Part shown: positions 10,511 through 22,651 of the stretch, piece by piece
Layout of the letters: each line of letters opens with the position of its first letter
How positions within the stretch are numbered: the stretch's first letter is position 1
Assembly: GCA_000091205.1 (NCBI GenBank)
Contig: AP006502.2
From: Cyanidioschyzon merolae
Taxonomy: Eukaryota
Strand: one strand, 5' to 3'
Length of the DNA: 64,000 bases
Program-made: the position numbers and the translations under genes
The notes under the pieces: model-generated
Told to the model about the DNA's origin: nothing
The model's database searches: none
The model's input: the letters and a program-made list of their open reading frames with translations, nothing else

Positions 10511-13500
10511 GCATGTCCCGGGGGCTCGTCGTTTGACGCATGGCCTGGATGCGCCTCGAAACCAAGATATTCATAGCATCGAAGGCTCCAGGCACGCCCT
10601 CAAATGTCCGACACGCTGTGAAATGTTGCGCTCGTCCTGTTGGGATGATCTCGTGACACCAAGTGCCACGGGGACCAGCGTTCTTTCATGGCATCGCTGC
10701 TGCGTATGGGACGGACCAAAATATCGAGCGTACCGCTCAAGGGTCTGCGCGTCTAGCTCCGCGACTCTTGACAGGAAGCGAGACCTGTACCGGCATGCGG
10801 TTGTGCAGCGCTTCCAGCGGACGGTTCTGCAACGTTCAAGGGTAGTTTCGAAGACCAGGGCTATACTTGAAACAGTTGGTGCTTCGTGTAAGCACTGGGA
10901 TGGTTCGTAGTTTCCAGCGCCGCATGCACCCGCTGTCTCCGGGCGGAGCATGATACCGGTCCGATTTCTGCACATCGTCTGGAACACCTTTGCTGCACTT
11001 TTGGAGACGCTTAATTCATGTTCATTCGAGGAAGAACAATTGGGCATCCTGCCTAAACACCGTTTAGTACGCAAAACTAGCATTCATAGCGAACTCACAC
11101 GGACGCTTGACTCTGGAGTTTCGTGTTTCCCGATTTTCACTAGGCGACTGCACACAGGCATACGCAAAAATCGTCGGATTGGCGTTTCATGTCAGTTTCT
11201 CGCGCGTGACTTTATCAGAATATAATGCTCGTTATATACGAGATCCAAGGTAACGTAACCCATACTTCGCATCAAGACGCTTTGGTCTGCGAGGATGCCA
11301 CGGCTTTTTGCCTCAGTCACAGGATGTTCATTTTTTATCGCGCGGCGAAACGGTGCAGGTTGTCGACTGCCTCGCATTCCGACCTGCAGCAGCCCCAGGA
11401 TGTTGTGGCACGCGTTGTCGTCGCCACAGTTCCATGTGGTACCTCTGCTGGGAGAGTCCGCGCTGCTCCCGCATCTGACACACTTGCAGTGCAGTGCTCT
11501 GTGAATCCGAGACATGTACGAGTTCCTTTCTTTTCCTTTCTCTCGACTCATTCTTCGTGATGACCCACGTCGTCGCTCCGTTCGTGTTCGAGAGGCGACT
11601 TGCGCACCGCCAACACGGCAGCGACGTCCGGCATTCATAGAGGTCCGCCATACGCACATCAGGCGTTCCCGTTGACTTGTTTGTTATCGCTGCCCATGCA
11701 CTGGACGTATGACGGGATATCGGACGCTTGGCGCCCTCATCCCGCTCTCCGAGCTCGATGACCGACTCTTCGCCACTCGGTACCAGAAGAGACTGAACAT
11801 CCATGGATTGCCCTCTGGTCGAACGTGGAACGAATGGCACCTCAGGCGCTGGTATCCAGAACGAGCTCTGTCTCGCAGTCATTCCGGAAGAATGCTCAAA
11901 TACGGCCGCAGACGAGTTTCGGAAGCTTCCGAGTCTGTTATCTCGCAAATGCGGAGACAAGCAGTCACGTCGTCCGTCCGTCCGTATGTCTGTCTGTTGA
12001 TTCTTGTTTTTAGCGTTTTCCTCGCGCTGTACGCGATCCTCGCCTCGAGGTCCTTTCTTCTGCTGGTGTAAATGACGCGTTTCTGAACCGGCGCCCGAGT
12101 CCGCAGTGGTGACTGCGTCCGGAAAAACCCGGCTCCACGCCTACGAGCTTTTGGTTGCGTTTCAGAGACAGGAGGCTTTCGTCGTTTCCCATTCGACTCG
12201 AAATATTCGACTATGCTCTCGGTTGCACACTGACATCGTATCCATCCGAGAGAAAACGGAAACCTATTGGGCTGTTCATTGCTTCGGCAGCTTCGATATG
12301 GAGGCTTTGCTGGTAAACCTTCCTCTTTATTTCCCGCCTCGATTTCCTTTCGACTTCTTTCATTCTCAGAACGCCGTGGCGTCGCAGAGTGCCCATGACG
12401 GCCAAGTAACTGACACGAACGTAACAAGTTGTGAAGCCACGCTTCGTCGGCAGCAGACAGAACGTCCTGGGGTGGCGCTCGCCTCTTCTGCATTCTGTAT
12501 CCTGCTCTCGCCAAGTATTCGAAGCGTTTATACCCTCTTCCAGAGGTTTGCGCCGTCGAGGAAGCGCCAAGCGCGTCGTACACCTATGCTTCAGTCAGAG
12601 ACAAACCCTAGTCAATGGGTCTCTTCAAGTCTTCGGCGATCTCGACCGCCAGTTTCATCTTCGCTTTCCGTTCTATATCACTTGGCGGGCCGAGAACGTC
12701 GACACCCTCGAACGGTCGAGTGACGGCGGCCCAGAGAAAGTGTTTCTCTCTGTTTCTATCTGTCTCTCTCGAGACGCCCTTGGTTGCGTTTCCATGCATG
12801 AGCTGGATGTAACAGGCGGCACGACACCCGAGATTCATCTTGATGTGATGCGTTTGTATGGTCGCCCCTCAAAATGGAAAGCTCTGCGGGCATCTGTGTC
12901 ATTCCAAAGAAATACCCATTCGGTGACACTCAATGTTTCGGCATTCCGGTTTGTGCTTACGTTCGCCCGCCTCGGAGGCATTCGCGTTCACCAGCGCTCG
13001 ACACGAGACTCGAGCCAATGGCTCTGGCGTGGTCTCGGGTGCTCCGCTCGGTAGAGGCGATTCAGCGAGCGCAAAGAAAAGTTCCTATCCGGGAACGGAA
13101 GCGCGTTTGTGGCCTCTTCGCTCGTCCAATCTTTGACCTTCTTGTACCTAAGTCTTTTCTGTGATAGCAGCAAGGGAAACAAACGATCGTGTGACCCGAG
13201 TCAAGGGTCTCCAGAGAGAATCCTTAGCACGCGGAGGTTCGCAAGGGCGTTGATTTCCTTTTCCAGTCGCTAGCCCAGGATGAGTTTATACGCGAGACGA
13301 AGGCCTTTATCCGTTTGCGATAGCGCTCTCGGAGGAAAGACTTCAGCTTCAACTTGATATCCGGAACTTTTCCTTCGGTCACTGGTACGCACTCGTCGTC
13401 CATTCTTTCAGCGGAGGAATCGAGCGACACATTTCCTCTGGACACCAGACAAAGTATTCCATCTATTCCAGCAGAATCATTTTTCCTTCCCGATGAAACG

Positions 13501-13782
13501 CATCTTCATCTGCTAAATCGATCGAGAAAACCGCTGATTCCCAGTAACTTTCTATTGGTACAGAGCAAATGCCCCAGTTTCGACAGCACACTACTCTGGA
13601 TGCCCCTACGAGCGGCGCGTCGCCTCGATTCGAACACCACCTGTCCCCCGTTCTTTTGTCGTGCAAACCTTGAATAGTTTTCTTCTACGTTTCTAGGATT
13701 CAACCTAGTTAAGTTTTTGTTTCAGGTGCACTTGGAAGCAATGACCTGTGTCGTTTCGTGACCCACAGTGCGGACCTATGCA

Positions 13783-14767
13783 ATGCTTGACCTGGGTTCA
13801 ACCGTTCTCGCGGTTTGCGGTGTAGCGCTAGCCGTCGGCGTCCTTTGCATGATGGGCGCCAACGACGTTGCGAACGTACTGGGAACTGCCTATGGTGCTG
13901 GTGCATTGCATGTACCAGTGTACTCAGGGCCAGCGAGTCTTTGGGCACGAATCAAAGGGGCAGCTCCTCTGATCCTTTTCGCGGGAGTTTTCGAGTTCGC
14001 GGGAGCGCTCTTCGCCGGCGCGAGCGTGACCGAACACGTCAGCTCCCAACTTGTCTCTGGTGGATCGGCTCGTCAGCGAGCTATCGGTGCCCTGGGGTGT
14101 CTGCTGGCGAGTTTTAGCCTTGTGACGGGGAGCACTGTGGCCGCACTGCCTGTATCTGCGTCCCACGCAACCGCTTCCGCGGTTGTTGCCAGCGGGGCGT
14201 ATCAGGTCTGGCGGCAGCGCTTTGCCAGGGTTTTGTCGAGTTCAGCTGCCTCAGGCCAACCGGAAGCGCCCATGTTGGTGCACTGGCCAGCGGTCTGGTC
14301 GATGTTAACCGCCTGGACCATGTCACCGTTTGTAGGCTTTCTTTCCGGCTACGTGCTGTATTTTATTTGCGGAGCTCGCTGTATCTCCGAGGAGGTTCTG
14401 GGACTACCCTTGCTCGCTGGCGCAATCATCGGTACTTTATCCATTTTCGTGTTCACGGCAGGCCCGCCCGATCTTCGTTTCCTCTTGAGGGACTGGATGG
14501 CCCCCATTGCGGCCGCAACGAGTAGTTTGGCGTTTGCAGTTGCTGCAACGGTGTTTCTGGTCAAACGGAGAGCATTACTCGCTCCGTACGTGGACACAGT
14601 GGTGCCTCCAGGCCAGTCCCGAGTACCTCATTCGGGACAGGACGCTTTCTCGAGTGAGTGGCAAGCGGAATCCAGTTCGGAAGAGCCTGCTCATAGTCGA
14701 GCGATAGGCTTGCGGATCTTGATGGTTTTTACGGCAGCAGCGCTGGCGTTTGCGCATGGAGGAAACG
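13783..14767 (+). CDS. PiT-family inorganic phosphate transporter, exon 1
   Basis: The ATG at 13783 follows the track's GTG at 13768. N-terminal PiT signature GANDVANVLGTAYG is present, followed by multiple TM helices. The exon ends ...AFAHGGN directly before a GTAAGT donor at 14768. Confidence 0.75.
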
Positions 14768-14865
14768 GTAAGTATACATCTAGCGATATTGCTTCGAATC
14801 ACTGAACAGCTTACTAACCACGAGGATGCAGTGACGCAATCGCGGTGCTGCGCCTTCACGTCCAG

Positions 14866-15296
14866 ATGTCAGTAACGGCATTGCACCGCTGGTTCACATC
14901 ATCAACTATGCGCGACATGATTCAGGAGATAGAGAAACAGTTGCATCGGGAGCAATCTCGCTTTCGTTATTGGCCCTTGGCGGCGCTTCAATTCTGTGCG
15001 GTCTAACGCTATTTGGTTATCGAGTCATGCAGACAGTAGGGTATGCTATTGCGGAACTGGATTTTGCAACGGGCCTTGCAGCTCAGACGGCGGCGACTCT
15101 CTGCGTATTGGTTGCGACAACGGCTGGTATTCCGGTCAGTACGACACAGATTCTAGTTGCAGCCGTCGCTGGTGCTGCGTATTCGCAGGGCAAACCGATT
15201 CAGTATAGAACGCTAGTTCGAATAGTGCTCGCTTGGCTGCTCACGATACCGCTTTCTGCGTCTATATCGGTGATCGTTCCGTGGTTGTTTCAGTAG
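14866..15296 (+). CDS. PiT-family inorganic phosphate transporter, exon 2
   Basis: Joining 14767 to 14866 across a 98-nt GT..AG intron restores the second PiT signature in frame: GGN|DVSNGIAPLVHII, where the canonical motif is G(A/S)NDVANAIGP. The exon continues to the C-terminal PiT block GIPVSTTQILVAAVAGAAY and the stop at 15296. Confidence 0.65.
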
Positions 15297-17027
15297 CAGG
15301 GCATTTAAACGATAACTTTTTACCGTGGTAGACGGTCGCCTCGTGAGGAATTTTTCGTTTCCCATTGATCCAGACGGAAACGACATGGGTCAAGTACCCA
15401 GAGGGCGCTGCGTATGCACACCTGGAAACGCTGCCCTCTGGATGCTCTGGAAGCTACCGAGCTCCGACGCTGCCTTTTCGCGAGTCAGAGTAGTCTAACT
15501 CGCTTTCCCTCTCCAGGAGCAGTGCGTACTTTAGGGTCAGGCGGGATGATCACACAGACCCGACCTGCAACGGTTCCTTCGAAACAGAATCTGAATGATA
15601 TACCCTTGTTACAGGGCCTCGTGTTTCGCGGAAGCCAATTTGCTCAAGTTACACCAGTTTAGCGCTTCGGCGCCTGATGCCCAAATCCACAGACCCCGCG
15701 AGTACTTCATGGGCATTTATTCGCCATCGGGTGTAGTCTTTCAGCTTGATATTCACATATGAGTTATCGAGAAAGCAGTTTCGACTGATAGCAAGTCTTG
15801 GCAAACGCTGCCAAGCCAAGAAGAGACGAGACGAGAAGAGCATCCCCAGGCACCAAATGCTGTCTGGGCAAGCGTCTCGAAGGTGCGACTGTGAACCGCA
15901 CAGAGGCACCTCGGCGAACGTCCAGTGGCGGCGACAAATGCATTCGCATTAGCTCTGTGAAGGCGGGGCGACATGTAAGCCCGGTCCGCTACCTATGGCT
16001 CCCATACGCCGCTGTGATGTGTGTGCAAGGAGCGACCTAATTCGACCGGCTCGTTGCCTGCTCTCATCAAGCATAGACTCGTTCGCGATAAGAACCGGGC
16101 TCCTAACGAGCTGCACCTAGCTTAGCGTCACCGTGGTCTAGCGCAATGACAGGCGTGCAGACTTTGCCGGGAGCTCACTCGAAGCTGCAGCGTAAAGCAC
16201 TTCGTTTCGAGTCGGAAAGTCGTTGGTTGTGTGCTCGAAATAGGCCGAGAGCGCCAACAGATCCGACCCTGATTTTCAAGATAGAGCAGGTACTGCCTGG
16301 TATTCGTCTATTGCCAAGAATCACTGTCCAGCAAAGGGAGACATAATGCTTCATATACCATTATCTGGGCCCCAAAGAGTGAACCATACCGCCAGTATCG
16401 TGAAGTCGCCAAGTCCTGCACCAATTTTCTACCAGTATTCGTTTTCCCGGGGGCAATGGATAAGGCAAGCGCACGGACGACGCTCATATACTTGCAAGTC
16501 TTTTCTACGACATATTCATAGCGATGCAACTCCGAGACCTCTGAACTGCAGACAGGATCCCCAGTCGAGCGCACTGACCCAAAATGTATCTAATCGCTAT
16601 TGAGCGACGGCTGAATTCCTTGGATGCAGCCTCGCGTTTCAGCGCCTCCTTTATATCACACTCACGAGTGCGTTGCTTCTTTTTCATCCGGTTCTAAGAC
16701 TGACGATTCGAGAGCGATATTCGTATTTCTTTGCACTACTGTCGAAAGATCCAGCGGTAGTCTGCGTGTTGCCAACAGATCTCACCAGAACCGATTCAAG
16801 TAGACCGTGCAGCGTAGGCAACAAACTGCTGGGCGCGGACGCATCACAGTACGAAAGCGTTTGTTTCTGGGATTTCACTTGACGTATAACGTTGCGTACC
16901 AAAAACGACGCAGAATAGTTGTGTCTTTTCCAGGATCCGGAGCGGTGGAAACAGAACGAGCTGTCTCGTCGGCTTCTGATTCAAGGTGTTGGCGAACCTG
17001 ATTGTTCGGAAGGTTTAGTTTACTAGG

Positions 17028-17762
17028 ATGAGCCACCCAGACCCAGGTTTTGTCTCCATGAGTTTCGACTCGGACACGCAGAGAAAGATCGTATCACATC
17101 AGCGCACATGGTCACCATACGTGGATAACGGGGGTACCGTTCTTGCGCTTGCGGGTCGTGACTATGCTATTGTTGCAGCTGACACTCGCTTGTCTGTTGG
17201 CTTCTCCATTCCAAGCCGAAACTTTACAAAAATTGTGCAGCTTACGGATCAGGCGGTGCTCGCAAGTGCAGGCATGGGCGCGGATCGACAATACCTTCAC
17301 AAAATCCTGCGGTCTCGACTCGAAATCTACAGATACCAGCACCAGAAGGAGATGTCTCTGGGCGCAATTGCACAGCTCCTCAGCAATACGCTATACAGCC
17401 GTCGATTTTTTCCGATTTACGCCTTTAATGTATTGGGAGGTATTGACGCGAACACTGGCGAGGGATTCGTCTTCGGATACGATGCAATTGGCTCATTTGA
17501 GAAAGTCAAAGTGGTATGCAGCGGCTCAGGGCAGACATTGGTGCAACCTGTACTGGACCAGCAGCTCGCTGGTCGCCAGAAATACGATGTGCCGGATGAT
17601 CAGCGCATGGCGTCTCTTAGTCTCGCTGAGGCGATCGAGTTGACACGAGACGTGTTCAACTCGGCTGCTGAACGCGACATTCTAACAGGCGATGCACTCG
17701 AACTCTACGCTGTGACTGCCAGCGGTGTTCGGTGCGAACGCTTCGAGCTTCGACGCGATTGA
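17028..17762 (+). CDS. PSMB1: 20S proteasome beta subunit, beta-6 type (PSMB1/Pre7-like)
   Basis: ATG start, 244 aa, collinear with PSMB1. Matching blocks are WSPYVDNGGTVLALAGRDYAIVAADTRLS, TLYSRRFFPIYAFNVLGGID, FNSAAERDILTGDALEL and a ...RFELRRD end. Confidence 0.85.
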   Translation: MSHPDPGFVSMSFDSDTQRKIVSHQRTWSPYVDNGGTVLALAGRDYAIVAADTRLSVGFSIPSRNFTKIVQLTDQAVLASAGMGADRQYLHKILRSRLEIYRYQHQKEMSLGAIAQLLSNTLYSRRFFPIYAFNVLGGIDANTGEGFVFGYDAIGSFEKVKVVCSGSGQTLVQPVLDQQLAGRQKYDVPDDQRMASLSLAEAIELTRDVFNSAAERDILTGDALELYAVTASGVRCERFELRRD

Positions 17763-19292
17763 CACGGTACCACTGACGCTGGGTGCTCGCAAACCAGAAT
17801 ACGTGTGTGTAGCTTGCGGTAGCAGAAGCGTAGCTGGTGCATTTGGTGCGTCTCAGGCTTGAGCGCTTCACGAAGATGACATGGAGCGGGCCCTGGATGT
17901 GGCTCTCGTGGTGGTGGCTGTGGGTCTTCATGAGCCGCCGAATCGGCTGCAACGGCTAAGTAGTGCACGCTGCTACTCTGAAAATGAGTATAAAGTTTCT
18001 AATTTTAAATTTTTCACCGAACCATGTCGTCTCCACTGAGTTATTTTCGATGTTGGTGTCACCGTGATTTAGGCCCAGGCGCATCCATGTTTTTTTGGAG
18101 CGGGTCTCTTGAATGCGTCGCACGTTGAGGACGGAGACCGGACGGTGCGAAAGCATAGCGGAACCTGTGGAACCCCGTCGGGCATGCATCACTGCAAAGA
18201 GAGGTCATGCCGCTCGCAAAGTGCCACTGGGAATCAGCTAACGCGGATTCTTAGCACGGTATGTCCCAGTGCTTGGGTCCGCGTATCGTGGTCGAATCAT
18301 GCTCGAAGCTGGGTATCCTTCCGTAAATGATAGCGCGCTCCGCTGAAGCGGTTGTTTTGCTCCTTGAGCAGTATAAGGTCTGTCACTCTACCTTGATTCC
18401 CGTTTATCCTCGAGACTCGCCAGTAACCAGGAAATAGCTTCTCGCTGCTTCACAGACGCTTCTGACTTTCGAGAGCACTAGACCAGTCCGTCCATCGCAA
18501 GTAGAGCGTGAATCGATCAAGCAGTTCGCGGTATGCCGACCCGTCTCATGTACATGATGCGACGCTGAGCGCGCTGCAACCTGGCTCGCCGTACGGAGAT
18601 ACGATGGTATCAGCATTCCCTTTGAAGTACTTATTCTGGACGATTGGTTCCCTTGACTTGCACCCGCTTTCGGACATGTGCTGCTACCGCTTTTCTAGTT
18701 TTGCGTGACTGAAAACCGTGTTCAGCTCCGGATATCGGCGATGTTGGCTGGGTGCGTCGCCACCCGACTGGCTGAATCTATCCAAGTTTCAGCGGATGTT
18801 GTACCTCTTGGCGCACGCACGAATGGCGTATTCGAGTAAACACGTTGCTCGAATACAAAGTCTCCGGGGAGACTTTGGTGTGAGCGCGGCCACCAACAGA
18901 GCAATCCGAGTCGCGAGATGCGAAGCCCTATGGATGCTCCCGTGCATGCCCGCCTATGTTGCGTGCCAGGCCCACGGGACAGGGAGCATCGCGGCGGTAT
19001 GCCAGCAGGGACCCACACGCGACTTGTCGCTGGGACGCGGGTGCGGATTCGTGCAGGTGCACCGTGGCTAGTGGCGCTGAGGAGCGCGGAAATCTTCTTG
19101 AGTAACGGACGATAACGATGATCGCAGCAACGATTTTGGAATGAAATGGAACGGATTGCTCGACATGGATGCATAAATCGAAGTTCAGGCGTCTTCCGAA
19201 GGTCATCAATGCCAGCGTTTGCAGGTGTTAGATCCGACTGAATCCTCTTCATTTCACGTATATCAAGCTTCATATACAGCGGTTTCTTCTTT

Positions 19293-20360
19293 CCATCGAG
19301 CTCCGTTTTCAGCAGTCGAGGATTGTTCGTGTCAGCAGTCACGTCCCGATTTCGCTGCCCCCAGCTGTATTCAGTGCGGTTCGTGCACATGCCGTCGTTG
19401 TGATCTACGCTTCGTATGCCATCCACATGCTCCTGGTATACAGCCCCGATCCGTGATTCGCTGTTGTGACGGTTGACTGCGGCCAGGTCTTCCCAGATGT
19501 ATCCGGTTCACGTGCTCCAGGGGCTATCCTGTGACGTGTGACCGCTCGGTTTGGCGCCTGGTTCATGCCCTTGACGAGAACAGAAGGTCCTCCTCGATGC
19601 CAGCGCCGGATTCCGCGCCAGGTGCATCGCTCGATGATCACGGGCTTCTCTAGGGCGGTTTCCGAGTGAGTAATCTGCCTGCTGATTACGCAAGCACATG
19701 CTGCTCCATTCGATCGAGGATTTGTGGAATGGTATCCTGTCTATGATGAAACAAGGACCGAAAGAAAATCGAGACTGGGGAGTACACCGAGAATGTTCGA
19801 TCCGTCTGCGCTCGCCTCACGCCAAGCGGTGACGCATGCACCAGTGGAGTCGATCGCTGCGATCACTGAAGTTCGTCAGAGTCCGGGCTCCTTTTCCGTA
19901 CGAATCAAAGAGACGTCAGCCTTCAGGAGCGAATCCCGTCTGCGGAATTCTACTGCTGTCGTATGCGGTTTCATCGTTAGCCACAAGGAGAGGCTGATTT
20001 GTTTTTCGAACGGAATAGATGATTCCACATCATATATGTTGTCAAGTTTTGGCATGAACTTGTGAGATGCTGTTTTCGACGTCAATTCACTGGCGTGCAT
20101 TGCAGCGCCCATGAGTCACCTTGAAACAGAACGATCGAAAACATGAAGAATGCGTGCTATGAATACGTTTCACGTAAGAAACAGTAAAAGGATGGACGCT
20201 TGCACTTCCGAACCGGGTGATCCTGTTATTTAGTTTACGAATCCTTGTTCGCGTGCGTCGCGAATCATCTCGATGCCGGGGTCAGAACGACGTCCCGCAG
20301 AAGAGAGTCTAGATGAGCACGCAAAAACGACAACCGAAGATTCTAAAACTACGGATGAAT
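19293..20360 (-). repeat. Copy B of the ~1.07-kb repeat, inverted relative to copy A and about 99% identical
   Basis: Reverse-complement identity with 7290-8372. The 78-aa ORFs at 19405-19641 and 19876-20112 differ from their copy-A counterparts by 0-2 residues. Confidence 0.85.
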
Positions 20361-20966
20361 CCGTACGCACAACGTGCTAAACTTTGAATATGAATACTGT
20401 CCATCTGAGCACGTTAGGAAAAACACCAAAAAGCATGTACAAAGCGAACAGTTCTGTGTTCCGTTCTAATCTGACGCAGAAGTAGACGCTCCATCGGAGA
20501 CTATCGGAACGCGCAAGACCACGAAATGCAGCAATTTCGAGCGAGTCTCGAGACCTGCCTTTACTGCATATATGGGGATCATCGAGAGTGTTTTCGAAGA
20601 AATTGACCCAAAGACGCTGCACTAGCGCGATACGTGCATGCCGTGGCAAACCGCTGCCGCCACTGCCAGCGCTGTTGTCGTCGGCGCAGCAAACCTACAG
20701 ATCTGGGCCATGTCGATGCATTCTTACCGAGAATAGCTGCATATTCAATTCACGCCACAAGACGTGCCCGCAAGAATGTGCTTTTCGACATCGTGCGATC
20801 AATGCCTAGTGCCTCTGCGATCCAATAATCCGGGGCACTCCCGAAGCATGCGGCGTCGTTGCCACGGGAGCGGGCGGCACTTTTCAGACGTGTGCTGTTC
20901 AGGTTAGACAAACGATTCATCTATGACTTGTCTGACGTGAAGCTCTCAATGCTTTGACAAGCCTTG

Positions 20967-22403
20967 CTAAGCACCTGCTGACCTACGCGTCTGAAGCGGT
21001 GCCGTTCCGAGCACCTTTTGAAAAGCATCGGGTACGCGCATGCGAGGAGGCGTTCGACCGATCCCTGGGTTCCCCAACTGCCCACATGCCGCCATTTTAT
21101 CATCACCACGACTACGGCGGAGGGTCACCAGAACCCCTCGTTCGTGGAGATACTGGCGAAAAGCTTCCATTTGCGGGAGCGGACTTGGTCGAAACTCTGA
21201 ACCGGCATGTGAGTTGAACGGAATCAGGTTCACTTTGCAGGGAATATGCGCGATCAGTCTGAGTAAGCGCTTCGCGTCGTCGAGGGAGTCATTCACTCCT
21301 CCGAGGAGCACGTATTCAAAGAAAACTTTGTCACCGCGGCGAGCATCGCGGGCGTACTCCTCACGCAATGTCTCCAGAAGCACTTCCAATGGATATTTTC
21401 GATTGATCGGCATGATCCAGTTGCGCACCTCATTCGTTGTGGCATTGAGGCTCACCGCCAGATTCGCTGATGTTTCGCGCAGGTAGCGTCGTATCTCCGG
21501 GACCAGACCCGAAGTGCTCACCGTAACTTTGCGATGAGAGAGACCCATGGCCTTGGGGTCCAACAGGATCTCCAACGCTCTCAGCACGTTATCCAAATTC
21601 TGAAATGGCTCACCCATGCCCATAAAGACAATGTTCGATATTTGCGTGCTCGCCTGCCGCGGTGACTCGTAGCGAGCCTTGGTCAATGTGACCTGATCGA
21701 CGATTTCCGCTGCAGTCAGATTTCTCTGCAGACCCATTTTTCCGGTGAAACAAAACTGACAATTCATCGCGCATCCCAGCTGCGAGGAAATGCACAACGT
21801 GTTCCGACCGGAGGCAGGGATGAGCACAGACTCCACTGCCCCGGGGCTGTCACCGTCGACTTGATAGACGAGTTTGCGTGTTCCGTCCTGTGCTTCGCGG
21901 ACCTCGCGTAGCGAAAGAGCGTGCAGACGGGCACTGCTCGCCAGTGCCTCTCGGAAGAGTTTTCCAAGGTCGGTCATATCATCCACCTGCGAGGCAACTG
22001 GCGGGCGGTAAAGCCACTTGTACAACTGACGGGCACGGTATGGCTTCTCGCCCATGCCACTAACAAAGTTTTCCAGTTCTTTAAGCGTCATGCCGCTCAG
22101 CGTCCAGCAAGTCGCCTGTGACAGAGAGGCGGAGGCCACAGGCTGGAGTTGCTCGTCGCCGGCGTCATTAGGTGGTGAAGCCGGCTCCACCACATAGCGC
22201 TCGGTTGGATTCGCATCGGAGCAGCGCACTAAAATCCTCGTCGAGCGCCCTAGAACAGAGCACGGTTTCTGCGCGCGGCTCCGAAGCATGGCCACAGCTC
22301 TGCTGCGACGCAGGAACGCGTGTCCGAATCCTCCGTTCACAGCGTGCGTTGGGAACATACCCGCGAAGCCTGGACACGACTCCCTGAGCCCAACAGGCGA
22401 CAT
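20967..22403 (-). CDS. rlmN: Radical-SAM rRNA/tRNA methyltransferase RlmN-like with organelle-targeting N-terminus
   Basis: The track's start at 22418 is a GTG, and the first ATG is at revcomp 22401-22403. The radical-SAM cysteine triad CAMNCQFCFTG is present, along with the RlmN N-domain block LSLREVREAQDGTRKLVYQ and conserved C-terminal motifs GMGEP, VNLIPFN and DDKMAACGQL. A ~90-aa N-terminal extension is rich in R, S and A. Confidence 0.85.
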   Translation of the reverse strand: MSPVGLRESCPGFAGMFPTHAVNGGFGHAFLRRSRAVAMLRSRAQKPCSVLGRSTRILVRCSDANPTERYVVEPASPPNDAGDEQLQPVASASLSQATCWTLSGMTLKELENFVSGMGEKPYRARQLYKWLYRPPVASQVDDMTDLGKLFREALASSARLHALSLREVREAQDGTRKLVYQVDGDSPGAVESVLIPASGRNTLCISSQLGCAMNCQFCFTGKMGLQRNLTAAEIVDQVTLTKARYESPRQASTQISNIVFMGMGEPFQNLDNVLRALEILLDPKAMGLSHRKVTVSTSGLVPEIRRYLRETSANLAVSLNATTNEVRNWIMPINRKYPLEVLLETLREEYARDARRGDKVFFEYVLLGGVNDSLDDAKRLLRLIAHIPCKVNLIPFNSHAGSEFRPSPLPQMEAFRQYLHERGVLVTLRRSRGDDKMAACGQLGNPGIGRTPPRMRVPDAFQKVLGTAPLQTRRSAGA

Positions 22404-22651
22404 GTCGATTTCGGACACCGACCTTGCGGTCTCCGAAACTTGTCGTCGTCCGCCGGTCTAAAACGCTGGAACAAACCAGCGTCGACATGCCGGATATGTC
22501 GTCCGGGTGGACGCGTGGAGCGGCGCGGGCTACGGCCTCGCCATGAACGCTTCGGGAATGAGTGTTGCTCGCTGACGCCTTGGGAACGCTGTATTCCTGT
22601 ACCGCTTGAGCGATATTTCCGAGCTCGAGTGCTACTCGCTTTTCTGGAGGC

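Noticed and set aside
18722-19426. 234-aa minus-strand ORF
   Set aside because: It runs into repeat copy B, has no conserved motifs and lacks a clean ATG-anchored N-terminus. It is probably not a gene.
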